From positions 1,302,001-1,366,000 of the forward strand of contig JAYWIR010000031.1 of the NCBI GenBank assembly GCA_036172245.1: a stretch of 64,000 bases of DNA. Reading direction: 5' to 3'. The position numbers were made by a program, and so were the translations under genes. Position 1 is the first letter of the stretch, and every line of letters starts with the position of its first letter. The stretch comes from Raillietiella orientalis. Lineage: Eukaryota. The notes beneath the pieces were generated by a model. It ran no database searches and had not been told where the DNA came from. It saw nothing but the letters and a program-made list of their open reading frames with translations. Shown here piece after piece: positions 62,000-64,000 of this stretch.

Positions 62000-64000
62000 A
62001 GGCTCTGCACCATCATTTCCGCACTGGTGGCCGTGAGGCCAGGTCTCCGTGCCTGGTCTCCGGTCTCCGCCCGCTGCGTGACACTCTTCGGTCTCAACAG
62101 AGATTTTTGCAGAGCAACAGCCCTGAATTACTGTGACCAAATGCTCAAGAGTATCTCAAATAGGTGCTTTAGAAGAAGGCTGATTCCTGCTCCCACTCTT
62201 TCCTCTCTCTTGCTTGGCACTCTCTTGAGAGCATCCTCCAGTGACCTGAGACGCTAATGTCAGTAGCTTTGCTGTTTTGCTCCCTCATCCTTGGATTTTC
62301 CGATCCTCTCTCCGATGTTTGAATCTCGGAAAAGCTCAGCATTGCAGGAGTTTGAACTTGCAGCGCCCGCCTGCCGCGGTTCCCATACAAACGCACCATG
62401 ACGGTCGACTCAGATTTCCGTGCTCCCGATGGTTGCCTTTTCAATTGCCTCAGATCTCTCGGTTCCTATGCTTCCTCCCAGACCGTCCGAAAGCTGACAA
62501 CTTCGAACGCCTTCCAGAATCCTGCTTTTCGAAACTTTTACCGTCTTTTCATGCCACGTCTGTTCTCTCTTCGATACTTAAAGTCCTTCCATGCAAAGTG
62601 GACTTCGCAGAAGTAAGCACTTTGACACGATAGCCCCTTAACAAGTGTCTGGCGCGATCGTCTGAAGGCACCGTCGAGGAACATCAGCGACAATGCCAAA
62701 CGGCGAAGATCGGTATCTAACAAACCCTGCAATGGCCGAAACCCAGCGGAGGTGATAGAGGGCAATAACTGCTTTCCAAACTGATTCTTCTGTTGAAAAA
62801 TCCATCACCGGGAGCTGCAAACTTGCACCAAAGAGAAAGACGAATGACTTGCACCAAACAAACTGAAGTGGAAACCATAGAAAGTGTAGTCTTGTAGGAC
62901 TCTGGTAGAGTACTTAGAGCCAAACTCCAGAACGGCCACTTTGATCTTGGAAATCTAGGTGAGATTCGTGTTTGCGATTTTCGTACACTGAAGAATGTCT
63001 GCACCTGTGTATGTGTAATCCTTTTCTGCAGACAGACTGTTGATCCCTTTTCTCTACTTCTTTTTTGACCACTCAGCCATTGATTATGCATTTATTTTGA
63101 AGGAAAAGAAACCATCCCTACGTGAAGTGTGAAGGTCATCCATTGCACGGGACGATATGTCATTTCGGACGCTTTTCATGATGCCAGGTATGCCGGAAAA
63201 CTCTTTTTCCTGCTCAGATTCCGGAATTATCTTCCTCGTGAACACTATTCGAAGACGAGTCCATAGCATGAAGACCCATCTTATCACGGCGCACGACTTT
63301 CATCAGTCCCAAGTGGGCCAGACCCGTGTCAATCTCACCCCAGCACTCGGGAAAAGCTCAATCCACTCGTTCACGACTTTTCCAAGCTAACAGCGTCGAA
63401 AGGGGCATCTCGAATCCGAACGGAATCCTGGACCACGGATAGCGAAGACCGAACGAAACTTTGAAGCTACTCATCTGACGTCTACGTCGTCTCCTTTCCT
63501 CCCAAACAAATCTTTTTTTTTTTTACACTGGTTACCACTAGAATTTCGTGAAACTTGGCCTCAGAAAGGGATAGTTGCTCGAAGGAAAATGCAAAAAGTT
63601 ACTTCTGTTCTTATCCCTATTGCTCGGTTACGGAGGGAATGAAAACAAAACAATTCCTAAGGACCCGCCTCAACGACTGAAGACGTAGTTGATTTGCCTT
63701 TACACATTCCTCTTACCTAAGCTTGTCCCTTGATTGCTCTGCTTGCTTTCTTCGCCTAGGATATCCCGAATAAAAAAACCTCGAGAAACGGAGTTCATGT
63801 TCGTCTTCGCCCCACAAGCATGGGATCACCCGTGGAACGTATTACTCGTCGAAGAGTCTTGAATAGTGGATTAGACCAAACCACTTGGGAAGAGTATTCT
63901 TTTGTAAGTACCTCATTGGCCGTCCTCCTGGCCATACACTCCCCTAATCAGGGCAAATGCTAGTAAGGGGTTAGCGGAACAAGTACTCGTCCACTGGACT
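62000..64000 (+). mobile_element. Very decayed LINE RT remnant
   Basis: PKADNFERLP (about 62490), APSRNISDNA (GR.I.DN, about 62670), QNGHFDLGNLGEIRVCD (NG......G.RQGD, about 62930), IRRRVHSMK (about 63250). Confidence 0.4.

Noticed and set aside
1..64000. CRISPR array, rRNA, tRNA or prokaryotic operon
   Set aside because: No regularly spaced repeats or recognisable structural RNA genes were seen by eye; spliceosomal introns and animal genes show the DNA is eukaryotic.

Overview
Eukaryotic, most likely arthropod, genomic DNA; the species cannot be determined from this window. Four host genes are supported, all on the minus strand: a divergent intronless innexin (8946-7831), a canonical intronless innexin-2 (41383-40310), a 9-exon Daxx (47296-41951, 459 aa by my splice model, with six consecutive 43-47 nt introns), and the 3' exons of a Bar-related (Bari-like) homeobox gene (about 52331-51871). 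Most of the remaining DNA looks like random GC-rich ORFs. Read across frames, it resolves into about 20 heavily decayed L1/Tx1-type non-LTR retrotransposon remnants, recognised by eroded endonuclease, RT and zf-RVT motifs in the expected order. They lie side by side on both strands; their boundaries are approximate and were judged by eye. Points of interest: a multi-hairpin RNA element with compensatory base changes just 3' of at least two elements; two long, near-identical inverted repeats (about 300 and 237 bp) between otherwise highly diverged dead copies, one with a 28-bp fold-back hairpin at its edge; and a strong GC/CpG shift between the repeat field and the Daxx gene body. No prokaryotic system, CRISPR array, rRNA or tRNA was seen.
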